A stretch of 64,000 nt of DNA. It comes from an uncultured Gemmatimonadales bacterium (lineage in GTDB: Bacteria; Gemmatimonadota; Gemmatimonadetes; Gemmatimonadales; GWC2-71-9). The notes under the pieces are model-generated. The model was not told the origin of the DNA. It worked only from the letters and a program-made list of their open reading frames with translations, and did not search any database. The DNA lies in NCBI GenBank assembly GCA_963825055.1, contig CAWGSK010000012.1, forward strand, positions 288,001 through 352,000, written 5' to 3'. Position 1 is the stretch's first letter, and every line of letters begins with the position of its first letter. Below are positions 39,596 through 49,495 of the stretch, piece after piece. Both the position numbers and the translations under genes were made by a program.

Positions 39596-40971
39596 GCGGG
39601 TTCCTCCCGCCACTCCGCATGGACCGCCCGCAGGCGCTCGGCGATGACCGCGGTCCCGTGTTCCGGCAGGGTGCGCGGATCGAGCAGGACCCGGTCGTCC
39701 CTGACGCGCGTGACGACCGGGGGCACGCCCATGCGCAAGCGGAGGGCCAGCCCCTGCGCGCCGAGCGGGCCTCCATCCAGGGTGACGAGCGTCGTGGGGA
39801 GGGTGGCGCCGGGGAATGCTCCACCACCGGCGGCGGATGAGCCCTCTTCCAGAACAGGGCTCCAGACGGGGTCGATGGCCGCGGCCAGTTCACGGGCCCG
39901 CTCCGCGAGGATGTCCGGTGTGACGGTGAGCATCCGGAGCACTGGCACGGCAGCAAGCGCATCCTCAGGGTCCCGGTAGAGCGCGAGCGTGGCCTCGAGC
40001 GCGGCCAGCGTGAGCTTGTCCGCACGGAGCGCACGGGCGAGGGGGCTGGTCCTGCAGGCTTTCACCGCGTCGGCCCGACCGACCAGCAGGCCGGCCTGCG
40101 GGCCGCCGAGCAGCTTGTCGCCACTGAACACGACGAGATCTGCACCCGCCCCCACGAGGTCTCCCACCCGCGGTTCCCCGGACAGCCCGTAGGCGTCGAG
40201 GTTGGCCAGGAGGCCGCTGCCCGCGTCCATGATCCAGGGAATCGTGTGCGCGCGCGCGAGGGCGGCCAGTTCGGCTGCGTCTGGTGTTGTTACGTACCCG
40301 CGCTGCTCGAAGTTCGACCGGTGTACCGTGAGGATCGCGGCGATTCCCGCACTGAGCGCGCGGCGATAGTCCTCGAGGTGCGTGCGGTTGGTCGTACCGA
40401 CCTCGTGGAGCAGGGCGCCGCTGCGCTCCAGCACCTCGGGTATCCGGAACGCGCCGCCGATCTCCAGGAGTTCCCCGCGGGAGATCGCCACGGGTCGTCC
40501 CGCGGCATGCGCGTGGAGTGCCAGGAGCAGCGCGCCCGCGGCATTGTTGACCACGAGCGCATCCTCCGCGCCTGTCAGGTCGGCGAGGAGCGCGCGACAG
40601 TGGTCACCCCGGCCGCCGCGTGCCCCCGTCGACAGGTCGAACTCAAGCGCACTGTACCCGCCGGCGACCTCGACCATGGCCCGCAGCGCCGGGCCCGCCA
40701 GGGGGGCCCGGCCCAGGTTGGTGTGCAGGATGATCCCGGTGGCATTGATCACCGGCGCGAGCGAGGGGGCTTCCCGCTCAGCCAGCCGCTCACGGATCTC
40801 CTCCTCCCATTCCTCCGGCACCGCGCCCCGACCCCGTCGGACGGCGTCGAGCGTCTCGCGAATCACGGTGACGACCAGGCTCCGCGGGTGGGCGCGGGAG
40901 AGCGCCTCGACTCCGGGCAGCGCAAGCAGGCGGTCGACGGACGGAAGGTCGCGGCGGCGGTCGGGCATCAC
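39592..40971 (-). CDS. selA: L-seryl-tRNA(Sec) selenium transferase
   Basis: INATGIILHTNLGRA, VVNNAAG, EIGGAFRIP, EVGTTNRT, FSGDKLLGGPQ. Confidence 0.94.
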   Translation of the reverse strand: MMPDRRRDLPSVDRLLALPGVEALSRAHPRSLVVTVIRETLDAVRRGRGAVPEEWEEEIRERLAEREAPSLAPVINATGIILHTNLGRAPLAGPALRAMVEVAGGYSALEFDLSTGARGGRGDHCRALLADLTGAEDALVVNNAAGALLLALHAHAAGRPVAISRGELLEIGGAFRIPEVLERSGALLHEVGTTNRTHLEDYRRALSAGIAAILTVHRSNFEQRGYVTTPDAAELAALARAHTIPWIMDAGSGLLANLDAYGLSGEPRVGDLVGAGADLVVFSGDKLLGGPQAGLLVGRADAVKACRTSPLARALRADKLTLAALEATLALYRDPEDALAAVPVLRMLTVTPDILAERARELAAAIDPVWSPVLEEGSSAAGGGAFPGATLPTTLVTLDGGPLGAQGLALRLRMGVPPVVTRVRDDRVLLDPRTLPEHGTAVIAERLRAVHAEWREEPA

Positions 40972-42305
40972 CGGCGCGGCGCCGAACCCGAATCCGGGGG
41001 GGCGGCGGGTGACAGGGAATCGGCCGGGGAGCGGGTCGTGTCGACCGGAGCCCGTTCCGGCACCTGAAGCCCCACGGACGCATCGGGCGCGGCAGCGGCG
41101 CCATTCGCGTTCCGGATGCGGGGTAGCTCAATCCGGTAGCTGGATCCGGGAGTCAGCGGCTCGGCGACCTGGACGACCACCTGGTTCGTGAGCGCCGGAC
41201 GCGAGGCCAGCAACGCCTGCAGCGCGCTGTCAGGCGTGGCCGCGGGACGGGTGTTGGGCGTCGGGCGTGCCGGTGCCCGCGGCGTCGGCGGTTGGCGCGC
41301 GTTCCGTGCGGCCCGGACGGAATCCAGGGTCGACCGGACCTGTGCCGGCGCGGGCAGGGAGTCCCGGCCGGCGAGCGAATCCGGCGGCACGAGCCGGGCG
41401 GCGGCCCTGATGCTGTCGTACACGCTCTTCAACTGTACCGCCGTCACCTCGATGGCGGTGGAGTCATCCGTCCGCACCACGCGCGCGCCCGCGGGCGTGA
41501 GTGCCTGCGCCGGATCGAGCGGCGCCGAGAGCGCGACCACAATGGTGATGCTGTCCTGGAGGGTCGCCTGCGAGAGCCGGGGTCCGATGGTGTCGTGGGG
41601 GAATGTCCAGAGTGCGATGGTCCTGGAGGTGTCCACGTCGGTTACGACGGAGTCGAAGGCCTCGCGCCCGTCCTGCCGGCGGTTGTTGTTCTGGTCCAGC
41701 AGGCCCCGGACGACATAGCGGCCGGTGGGGATCGGGGCCAGGATGAACCGGCCGCTCGAGTCCGTGAGCGCGAGGTAGGGAAGGCTGTCCGGGAGCAGCA
41801 TCGCCTCGACCAGCGCCTGCCGCGCGGGGCGGCCTGCGGTCCAGTCGACCACGGTGCCGCGGAGGGCGCCCGAGGGGAGGGGACCGCCCGTGGTAAAAGT
41901 CATCACGGTACCGCTGTCGAGCCGGTTGCGCCGGAGGTCCATCACGCCCGGAAGTAGTTCGACCCGGTAGGTTCGGCCCGGTTGCCAGCCCTCCCGCGGC
42001 TTCACGGTGATGCGGTCGCGCTTCCACCTGACCTCGGGCACCCGCGTGGTCGGGCTGAGGATGACCAGCCGCTCGAGGTCGCTCGTGCCGAGCCCGAGGC
42101 TCGGCGTGCTGCCCTCGCTGATCACCTCGCTGAACCGGAATGCCGCGGCATCGTTGAACCCGGGGTAGGACCCCGCGGAGTCCGGGGTGGTGCCAATGAG
42201 GGCGGGTGGGGCGACATCGGGAGGGCCGCCGGGCGGGGGCTCAATGCGGGCGCAGCCGGTCAGGAGGGCGGCCGGCAGCAGGATGCCGGCCAGGCGGCGG
42301 CTCAC
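40968..42305 (-). CDS. Ig-like domain lipoprotein
   Basis: LLTGCA lipobox, PPGGPPD, FSEVI, TYRVEL, TFTTG, DQNNNRRQD. Confidence 0.82.
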   Translation of the reverse strand: MSRRLAGILLPAALLTGCARIEPPPGGPPDVAPPALIGTTPDSAGSYPGFNDAAAFRFSEVISEGSTPSLGLGTSDLERLVILSPTTRVPEVRWKRDRITVKPREGWQPGRTYRVELLPGVMDLRRNRLDSGTVMTFTTGGPLPSGALRGTVVDWTAGRPARQALVEAMLLPDSLPYLALTDSSGRFILAPIPTGRYVVRGLLDQNNNRRQDGREAFDSVVTDVDTSRTIALWTFPHDTIGPRLSQATLQDSITIVVALSAPLDPAQALTPAGARVVRTDDSTAIEVTAVQLKSVYDSIRAAARLVPPDSLAGRDSLPAPAQVRSTLDSVRAARNARQPPTPRAPARPTPNTRPAATPDSALQALLASRPALTNQVVVQVAEPLTPGSSYRIELPRIRNANGAAAAPDASVGLQVPERAPVDTTRSPADSLSPAAPPDSGSAPRR

Positions 42306-44974
42306 CCGCACCCCAGGTGCTGGAGCTTCTCGGCGAGCGCCTCGTGCTGTCCGCGCCAGTCGAACAGCTTCTGCCGTTCCCGGTCCACGACTGCGGCCGG
42401 GGCCCGGCTCGTGAACTGGGCGTTGGCGAGGCGCGCCTCCTGCTGCGCAATCCGCTCGCCGAGGCGGGTACGCTCCGAGCCGAGCCGGCGGCACTCCTGT
42501 TCCACGTCGATCGCGCTCCCGAAGGCCACGAAGAGCGTGGTCCCGTCACCCAGCACCGCCCCGGCGCCAATGGTGCCTTCCGGCCCGCCAAAGGTGAACG
42601 GGGCCACCTTCGCGAGCCGCTCGACGGTGGTGCGCTCCGCCTCCAGGGCGTGCCTGGCTGCGGGGGTGGCCCGCGTGAGGGCGAGATCCACCGTCTCGCC
42701 CGGCGGGATGTTGTACTCCGCGCGGACACTCCGGACGGCGGTGATGCATTCCTGCACGAGGGCGAAGTCGGCCAGGGCGCCGGAATCGGCGGCGCGGTCG
42801 TCCGGACCGGGCCAGGGCGCAACCATGATCGAGGCCGACTCCGGCCGACCGGGGAACCGGCGCCAGAGCGCCTCCGTGATGAACGGCATCACCGGATGCA
42901 GCAGGCGGAGGGCGACCTCGAACGTGGCAGCCACGACGCCCCGGGCCACGTCGCCGCCGGGCACGTCACCGTAGAGGCGGGGCTTGATCTGCTCGACATA
43001 CCAGTCGGCGAGGTCGCTCCACAGGAAGTGATAGATCGCGCTGGCCGCCTCGTTGAGGCGGTAGCGCTCATAGGCCTCCGTGGCCGTGCGGACCGCCGCA
43101 TCGCACCGGGCGATAATCCAGCGGTCGGCGAGCGTAAGCTCGTCCTTCCGGATGACGTTCCGGTGCTGGCCCGCGAGCGGACGGGTGGGGCCGTCCAGGC
43201 TGCCGAGCACCAGGCGGCCCAGGTTCCAGAGCTTGTTCGCGAAATTACGCCCGGCCGCGAACGCCGTCTCGAGGTCGCGGTGGTCCAGGATGAGGTCGGT
43301 CCCCACGGCCATGCCGGAGACCACGGTATACCGGAGCGCATCGGCCCCGTAGCGCTCCACCACGACCAGCGGGTCGATTCCATTGCCGAGCGACTTGGAC
43401 ATCTTCCGGTGCTGGGCGTCCCGGACCGTGCCGTGGAGGTACACGGTATGGAACGGCAGCTCGCCCTGGAACTCGAGCCCCGCCATCACCATCCGCGCGA
43501 CCCAGAAGAACAGGATCTCCGGCGCGGTGACCAGGATGTCGCCGGGATAGTACCGCGCGAGGTCCGGCGTCGACTCCGGCCAGCCGAGGCTGCTGAACGG
43601 GACGAGCCAGCTGCTGAACCACGTGTCGAGGACATCGCTGTCCTGCCGCACCGGGCCGCCGCACTTTTCGCAGGCGGTCACGTCGCTCCGGCTCACCGAC
43701 ATATGCCCGCAATCGTGGCCGTCGCAATACCACACGGGAATGCGGTGGCCCCACCAGAGCTGGCGCGAGATGCACCAGTCGCGGATGTTGGCCATCCAGT
43801 GGGCGTACTCCTCGCCCCGGCGCTCCGGAATGAACCGGAGTTGCCCTGTCTCGTACGCGGCGAGGGCGGGGCGGGCCAGCGGTGCCATGCGGACGAACCA
43901 CTGGTCCGAGAGCCGGGGCTCCACGATCGTGTCGCAGCGGTAGCAGTGACCCACGGCGTGCCGGTGGTCCTCCACCTTCTCGAGCAGCCCTTCGGCCCTG
44001 AAGGCCTCGACCACGCGCTTGCGGGCCTCGAACCGGTCAAGGCCGCGGAACCGTTCCGGCGCGCCGGGGCCCAGTTGCGCCTCGTCAGTCATGAGGTCGA
44101 TGGACGGCAGCGCGTGGCGCCGGCCGATCTCGAAGTCGGTCGGATCGTGGGCCGGGGTCACCTTGACGGCGCCGGTGCCGAAGTCCGGGTCCACCGCGTC
44201 GTCGGCGATGACGGGGATGCGTCGATCGGTGAGGGGAAGCAGCACCTCGCGCCCGACGAGCTCGCGGTAGCGCGGGTCGTCCGGATACACCGCCACCGCG
44301 GTGTCGCCCAGCATCGTCTCCGGCCGTGTCGTGGCCACCACGAGGTGGCCGCCGCCATCCAGCGGATAGCGCAGGTACCAGATGTGGCCGTTCACCTCGC
44401 GCTTCTCGGCCTCCTCGTTGGAGAGCGCGGTGCGACAGCGCGGGCACCAGTTGATGAGATAGTGTCCGCGGTAGACGAGGCCCTTTTCATACAACTGGAC
44501 GAACACTTCCCGCACTGCGCGGGAGAGGTCCTCATTGAGAGTGAAGTAGGTGCGGGACCAGTCACAGCTCGCCCCGATCGCCTTGAGCTGCTCGAGGATG
44601 GTGGCGCCTGTGGCGCGGACGTAGTCCCACACCCGCTGCTCGAAGGCCTCGCGGCCGAGGTCAAAGCGGGAGCGGTCCTCACGTGCGAGCAGCCGCTCGA
44701 CCACGTTCTGCGTCGCGATGCCGGCATGGTCGGTGCCGGGCAGCCAGAGCACGTCCCGGCCCCGCATCCGCTCAAAACGGGCCAGCACGTCCTGAATGGT
44801 GTTGTTGAGGCCATGGCCCATGTGCAGGCTGGCCGTCACGTTGGGCGGCGGCATCATCACCACCCACGGATCGCCTGGCCGGCCGGCCTGGAAGAAGCCG
44901 CGGTCGGACCACCAGGCGTAGAGGTCGCGCTCGATTCCCGAGGGATCGTACTGCGCGGGGAGCGGTTGGGTCAT
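42302..44974 (-). CDS. valS: Valine--tRNA ligase
   Basis: PPPNVTASLHMGH, DWCISRQLWWGH, KMSKS, C-terminal coiled coil. Confidence 0.98.
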   Translation of the reverse strand: MTQPLPAQYDPSGIERDLYAWWSDRGFFQAGRPGDPWVVMMPPPNVTASLHMGHGLNNTIQDVLARFERMRGRDVLWLPGTDHAGIATQNVVERLLAREDRSRFDLGREAFEQRVWDYVRATGATILEQLKAIGASCDWSRTYFTLNEDLSRAVREVFVQLYEKGLVYRGHYLINWCPRCRTALSNEEAEKREVNGHIWYLRYPLDGGGHLVVATTRPETMLGDTAVAVYPDDPRYRELVGREVLLPLTDRRIPVIADDAVDPDFGTGAVKVTPAHDPTDFEIGRRHALPSIDLMTDEAQLGPGAPERFRGLDRFEARKRVVEAFRAEGLLEKVEDHRHAVGHCYRCDTIVEPRLSDQWFVRMAPLARPALAAYETGQLRFIPERRGEEYAHWMANIRDWCISRQLWWGHRIPVWYCDGHDCGHMSVSRSDVTACEKCGGPVRQDSDVLDTWFSSWLVPFSSLGWPESTPDLARYYPGDILVTAPEILFFWVARMVMAGLEFQGELPFHTVYLHGTVRDAQHRKMSKSLGNGIDPLVVVERYGADALRYTVVSGMAVGTDLILDHRDLETAFAAGRNFANKLWNLGRLVLGSLDGPTRPLAGQHRNVIRKDELTLADRWIIARCDAAVRTATEAYERYRLNEAASAIYHFLWSDLADWYVEQIKPRLYGDVPGGDVARGVVAATFEVALRLLHPVMPFITEALWRRFPGRPESASIMVAPWPGPDDRAADSGALADFALVQECITAVRSVRAEYNIPPGETVDLALTRATPAARHALEAERTTVERLAKVAPFTFGGPEGTIGAGAVLGDGTTLFVAFGSAIDVEQECRRLGSERTRLGERIAQQEARLANAQFTSRAPAAVVDRERQKLFDWRGQHEALAEKLQHLGCG

Positions 44975-45408
44975 GCGGTCTGGTCGATGGGGTCGTCGGT
45001 CGGGTCGGTGGTGGCCGCGTCATCCTCGCCGCGGACGAGGATGCGATTGTGCACGGTTTCGATCTCGGGTACCGCGCGGACCGCGCGGACCGCACGGGCC
45101 CGCTCGAGGCGCGTGGCCACCCAGCCGCGCAGCTCGACGACACCGCTGGACACCCCCACGACGGTGAGGGCCAGGCCCTGAAGTTCTGGCGCCTCCTCCA
45201 GCGCCTTGCGGACCGCGCGAACGGTCAGGGCCGTGCCCTGGCGGGGCGGGGTGGGCGTGCGCAGTGTGTCCAGTTCGCGCCGCAGACGGCCCCCGGTCAC
45301 GCTGCCGAGCCAGCCGGAGAGAACCATCCCGGCCAGGGCCCCGAAACCGAATCCTGCGGCCGCGAGGCCGGCGGTAGCGGACCAACTGTGCGAATCTCTG
45401 CGGGACAC
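44971..45408 (-). CDS. Membrane-anchored BON domain protein
   Basis: N-terminal TM; GVVELRGWV...AVRAVPEIETVHNRI. Confidence 0.8.
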   Translation of the reverse strand: MSRRDSHSWSATAGLAAAGFGFGALAGMVLSGWLGSVTGGRLRRELDTLRTPTPPRQGTALTVRAVRKALEEAPELQGLALTVVGVSSGVVELRGWVATRLERARAVRAVRAVPEIETVHNRILVRGEDDAATTDPTDDPIDQTA

Positions 45409-45492
45409 CGGTGCTCCTCTTACGGTTAATCGGCTGGGACCATTAAGTTAACATGCTGACTGACAATTTTCCGGCACACGGATCCCCGACTC

Positions 45493-45654
45493 ATGCACCT
45501 TCGCGACGACAACAGCCCCATCGCCTTCCGCGACTACCGGCGCTGGCTGCTTCCCCTGGCCATCGTCCTCCTCGGCGTGGCCCTGTATTTCACGCTGGGT
45601 ACCCCACAGCGTCCCATGGCCGCCCCGACCGCCGGCCAGGAGGGAGGTCCGTGA
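45493..45654 (+). CDS. Small single-TM protein (53 aa), absent from the ORF track
   Basis: MHLRDDNSPIAFRDYRRWLLPLAIVLLGVALYFTLGTPQRPMAAPTAGQEGGP*; stop overlaps the thrS start (GTGA). Confidence 0.6.
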   Translation: MHLRDDNSPIAFRDYRRWLLPLAIVLLGVALYFTLGTPQRPMAAPTAGQEGGP

Positions 45655-47591
45655 ACACCGTCCGGCTGACGCTGCCGGACGGCAGCGTGCGCGAGGTGCC
45701 CCGGGGGACCACGGGCCGGGAGCTTGCGGAGGGCATCGGGCCCGGGCTTGCACGGGCGGCCCTGGCGGTGAAGGTGGACGGGGATATCCAGGATCTGGGG
45801 CGGCCCATCGACGCCGACGCCACGGTGTCCATCCTGACGGAGAAGGATCCCGACGCGCTCCCACTGCTGCGCCATTCCGCGGCTCACGTCCTGGCCACCG
45901 CGGTCCGGGAGCTGTTTCCCGAGGCGGGGATCGGCTTCGGCCCGCCGATCGAGGACGGTTTCTACTACGACTTCGAGGTCGATCGGCCATTCACGCCGGA
46001 GGACCTGGAACGTCTCGAGGCGAAGATGGCCGAGGTCGCCGGGCGGGACTACCCGTTCGAGCGTGAGGTGGTCCAGCGGGGCGAGGCCAACCGCCGCTTT
46101 GCCGACGACCCGCTCAAGCTCGAGCGCATCAGCGAGCTGGGGGACGACGAGGTCATCTCCGTGTACACGGACGGTCCCTTCACGGATCTCTGCCGCGGGC
46201 CGCATGTTCCCAGCACGGGGCGATTGAAGCACTTCAAGCTGCTGAGCGCGGCCGGGGCCTACTGGCGCGGTGACGAGAAGCGCCAGATGCTTCAGCGGAT
46301 CTACGGGACGGCCTGGTTCCGGAAGGAAGACCTCACCGAGTACCTCACCCGGCTGGAGGAAGCGCGCAAGCGCGACCACCGGGTGCTCGGAAAGCAGCTT
46401 GGCCTCTTTTCAATAGAAGAGACCGTCGGGCCCGGGCTGGTCTTCTGGCACCCGAAGGGCGCCATCATCAAGTGGCTGCTGTCCCGGGCGGTGGAGGACG
46501 ACAACGTCCGGTCCGGGTATGACCTGGTCTACACACCCAACATCACGCGGGAGGAGTTGTTCCGTATCTCCGGCCACCTGCCGCTCTACGCCGAGAATCA
46601 GTATCCGGCCATGGGGGCGGGGCACGAGGAGTCGGAGGATGTGCACTATCGGGTGAAGCCCATGAACTGCCCGATGCATGCCCTCATCTATCGCGGTGAG
46701 CAGCGGAGCTATCGCGACCTGCCGCTGCGGCTCTCGGAAGTGGCGAACGTATACCGCAATGAGCGCTCCGGCGTGCTGCACGGCCTGCTCCGGGTGCGCG
46801 GCCTGTGCATGGACGATGCCCACATCTTCTGCACCCTGGAGCAGGCCGAGGACGAAATCTTCCTCTGCCTGGACCAGGTGCAGCGGCTGGTGGGCGAGAC
46901 CTTCGGCTTTGCGCTGGAGTTCGAGGTCTCCACCCGTCCGGAGGAGAAGCTGGGCGACGATGCCACCTGGGACCAGGCGGAGGAGATCCTGCGTCGCGCG
47001 CTCCGGCGCCGCGACATCCCGTTCGACGAAGATGCCGGAGGCGGAGCGTTCTACGGCCCCAAGATCGACATCAAGTTCCGCGATGCGATTGGCCGGGCCT
47101 GGCAGGGCCCCACCATCCAGCTCGACTTCCAGCTCCCCGAACGCTTCGAGCTGGAGTACACCGGGCCGGACAACCGGCCGCACCGCCCGGTGATGATCCA
47201 CCGCGCTATTTACGGCACGCTGGAACGGTTCATCGGGAACCTCATCGAGCACTTCGCCGGGGCGTTCCCGGTCTGGATCGCGCCGGAGCAGGTGCGGATC
47301 ATTCCCATCAGCGCCGACCAGAACGAGGCCGCGGCCGGGGTGACGGGCCGGCTCCGCGACGCGGGGATCCGGGTGCACCTCGATGACCGGAACGAGACCT
47401 TGAACTACCGTATCCGCGAAGGCGAAATGCAGAAAGTCCCGTACATGGCGGTGATCGGCCAGCGGGAAGCAGAAGCGGGTACGGTGGCCGTACGTGTCCG
47501 CGGCGCGGGAAAGAAACAGGAGGTGATGCCGCTCGACGCGTTCATCGGGCGGATCATGGAGCAGGTTCGTACCAGGTCGCTCGCCATGTGA
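45651..47591 (+). CDS. thrS: Threonine--tRNA ligase
   Basis: TGS domain, RHSAAH, DLCRGPH, KPMNCP, IHRAIYGTLERF; GGAGG RBS before GTG. Confidence 0.98.
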   Translation: MNTVRLTLPDGSVREVPRGTTGRELAEGIGPGLARAALAVKVDGDIQDLGRPIDADATVSILTEKDPDALPLLRHSAAHVLATAVRELFPEAGIGFGPPIEDGFYYDFEVDRPFTPEDLERLEAKMAEVAGRDYPFEREVVQRGEANRRFADDPLKLERISELGDDEVISVYTDGPFTDLCRGPHVPSTGRLKHFKLLSAAGAYWRGDEKRQMLQRIYGTAWFRKEDLTEYLTRLEEARKRDHRVLGKQLGLFSIEETVGPGLVFWHPKGAIIKWLLSRAVEDDNVRSGYDLVYTPNITREELFRISGHLPLYAENQYPAMGAGHEESEDVHYRVKPMNCPMHALIYRGEQRSYRDLPLRLSEVANVYRNERSGVLHGLLRVRGLCMDDAHIFCTLEQAEDEIFLCLDQVQRLVGETFGFALEFEVSTRPEEKLGDDATWDQAEEILRRALRRRDIPFDEDAGGGAFYGPKIDIKFRDAIGRAWQGPTIQLDFQLPERFELEYTGPDNRPHRPVMIHRAIYGTLERFIGNLIEHFAGAFPVWIAPEQVRIIPISADQNEAAAGVTGRLRDAGIRVHLDDRNETLNYRIREGEMQKVPYMAVIGQREAEAGTVAVRVRGAGKKQEVMPLDAFIGRIMEQVRTRSLAM

Positions 47592-47635
47592 TGCCCCCCG
47601 GGGGCGGCAGGCTCCGTGGTGCCGCCTCGGGGGCA
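47592..47635. terminator. Hairpin between convergent thrS and the downstream lipoprotein gene
   Basis: TGCCCCC...GGCGGCA / TGCCGCC...GGGGGCA imperfect inverted repeat. Confidence 0.55.
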
Positions 47636-47648
47636 GTGGGATCCGCTG

Positions 47649-48227
47649 CTAGCGCAGCATGATCCCCACGTTGCACACAGGCGTGGTTGGCGGTCCCGGA
47701 TTCTGCTTGCGGCCCGGACCGATTGGTGGCCCGGGATTGCTCTCGAGTCCCATGAGCGCCCCCTGGTCCGTGAGGATGGAAGCCTGGATGACCGGTGGGC
47801 CCGGGTTCTGCCCGATCCCGGCTTCGCCGCCGCGGATGATATAGGTCGTGCAGGGGCTGGGTGGAAAGACCAGGCTGACGACAACTGGCGCCGTCCGGGG
47901 ATCAGTGCCGATCGTGATCGTGCCCCCCAGGAGTTGCTCGCCGCCCGGATTGTGCAGGATGCCACACACGGAGAAATCGGCTCCCCGGGCCCTGTCGTTA
48001 CAGGGACTTGGCGGGACCCGGCCTGTGATGATCCGGAGCCTGCCCCAGACGATGCTTGCGCTCCCCTCAGCCGGCCGAACGAAGAGCGGGCTGATGGTGA
48101 AAGGGGGCCCGCCGGCGCGGCCGGCCTGAAGGTCCGCCTCTGGAACGCTGGTGGGTAGGTCCTGGCCGCACGCGGCGATAGCAACCATGGCGGCGGCCAG
48201 GAACGGCGTGAAGCGCGGGTGAAGCAT
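47649..48227 (-). CDS. Lipoprotein with PPSPC x2 and NPGPP x3 motifs (possible degenerate CHRD-like fold)
   Basis: GGAGGAG RBS; IAAC lipobox; motifs read directly from the translation. Confidence 0.65.
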   Translation of the reverse strand: MLHPRFTPFLAAAMVAIAACGQDLPTSVPEADLQAGRAGGPPFTISPLFVRPAEGSASIVWGRLRIITGRVPPSPCNDRARGADFSVCGILHNPGGEQLLGGTITIGTDPRTAPVVVSLVFPPSPCTTYIIRGGEAGIGQNPGPPVIQASILTDQGALMGLESNPGPPIGPGRKQNPGPPTTPVCNVGIMLR

Positions 48228-48301
48228 GTTCTCCTCCAGGTGCGGGGCAGGGTGGGCTTGTCTATCTTCTCAAACGTCGAACCTCAAGATCGAGTGCCAT
48301 T

Positions 48302-49495
48302 GTGAGTGCTGATTCCACAACGCCTGTCATCGTTTCCGCCGTGCGCACCCCCGTGGGACGCTACCTCGGCGGCCTCAGTTCCTTTACGGCGCCCCAGCTC
48401 GGTGCCATGGTCATCCGCGAGGCGGTCTCTCGTGCCGGCATCGACGCCGGCACGATCGAGGACGTCATCATGGGCCAGGTGGTGCAGGGTGGCTCGGGAC
48501 AGGCTCCCGCCCGCCAGGCCATGATCCACGCCGGCATTCCGGGGACGGTCCCGGCCCTCACTATCAACAAGGTCTGCGGCTCCGGCCTCAAGGCCGTGAT
48601 GCTTGCCGCCCAGGCCATCAAGGCCGGCGACGTGCAGTGCGTCGTGGCCGGCGGACAGGAATCGATGTCCTCCGCCCCGCACTATGTCTACGGCATGCGG
48701 AACGGGATCAAGGCCGGCAACACCACCATGGTGGACGGCATGATCCACGACGGGCTGTGGGACTCCTTCGGCGACAACCACATGGGCGAGTACGCCGAGT
48801 ATACCGCGGAGAAGGCCGGCATCAGCCGGGAGGAGCAGGACGAATTTTCGTATCACAGCCATCGGAAGGCGATTGAGGCCACCGAGGCAGGCCGGTTCCG
48901 GGCCGAGATCCTTCCTGTCGAGGTCACCGGAAGAAAGGGGACGACGGTCGTCCCGGATGATGAGCCGCCGCGAAAGGACACCACGCCCGAGACGCTCGCG
49001 AAGCTGAAGCCCGCGTTCCGCAAGGGTGGTACCGTCACCGCCGGCAACGCGCCGGGATTGAACGACGGGGCGAGCGCGCTGGTGGTGACGTCGGCCGCGT
49101 TCGCGAAGGCGCACGGCCTCAACGTGATGGCGACCATTCGCGGGTACGCCACCGGCGGTGGCGAGCCCCGTGACCTTTTCTTTGCACCTATCCAGGCCGT
49201 CCGGAACCTGATGAAGAAGGACGGCACCACCATCGGCGACTACGATCTCATCGAGGCGAATGAGGCGTTCGCGGTGCAGGCGCTGGCCGACGGCCGCGAG
49301 CTCGGCTGGGACTGGGACCGGGTGAACGTGAATGGCGGTGCGGTGGCGCTCGGTCATCCGATCGGCGCCAGCGGGGCCCGGGTGCTCACGACCTTGTTAT
49401 ATGCCCTGGATGACCGCGGGGGATCCAGCGGACTGGCGACCCTCTGTCTTGGCGGCGGAAACGCCGTGGCCCTGAGCGTGGAGCGCACATCATGA
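48302..49495 (+). CDS. Acetyl-CoA C-acetyltransferase (thiolase)
   Basis: INKVCGSG, NEAF, GGAVALGHPIGASG, CLGGG. Confidence 0.96.
   Translation: MSADSTTPVIVSAVRTPVGRYLGGLSSFTAPQLGAMVIREAVSRAGIDAGTIEDVIMGQVVQGGSGQAPARQAMIHAGIPGTVPALTINKVCGSGLKAVMLAAQAIKAGDVQCVVAGGQESMSSAPHYVYGMRNGIKAGNTTMVDGMIHDGLWDSFGDNHMGEYAEYTAEKAGISREEQDEFSYHSHRKAIEATEAGRFRAEILPVEVTGRKGTTVVPDDEPPRKDTTPETLAKLKPAFRKGGTVTAGNAPGLNDGASALVVTSAAFAKAHGLNVMATIRGYATGGGEPRDLFFAPIQAVRNLMKKDGTTIGDYDLIEANEAFAVQALADGRELGWDWDRVNVNGGAVALGHPIGASGARVLTTLLYALDDRGGSSGLATLCLGGGNAVALSVERTS

Noticed and set aside
47690..47815. Functional viral 2A ribosomal skipping
   Set aside because: Lacks the D(V/I) of the consensus, and 2A skipping is not known on bacterial ribosomes; kept only as a motif observation.
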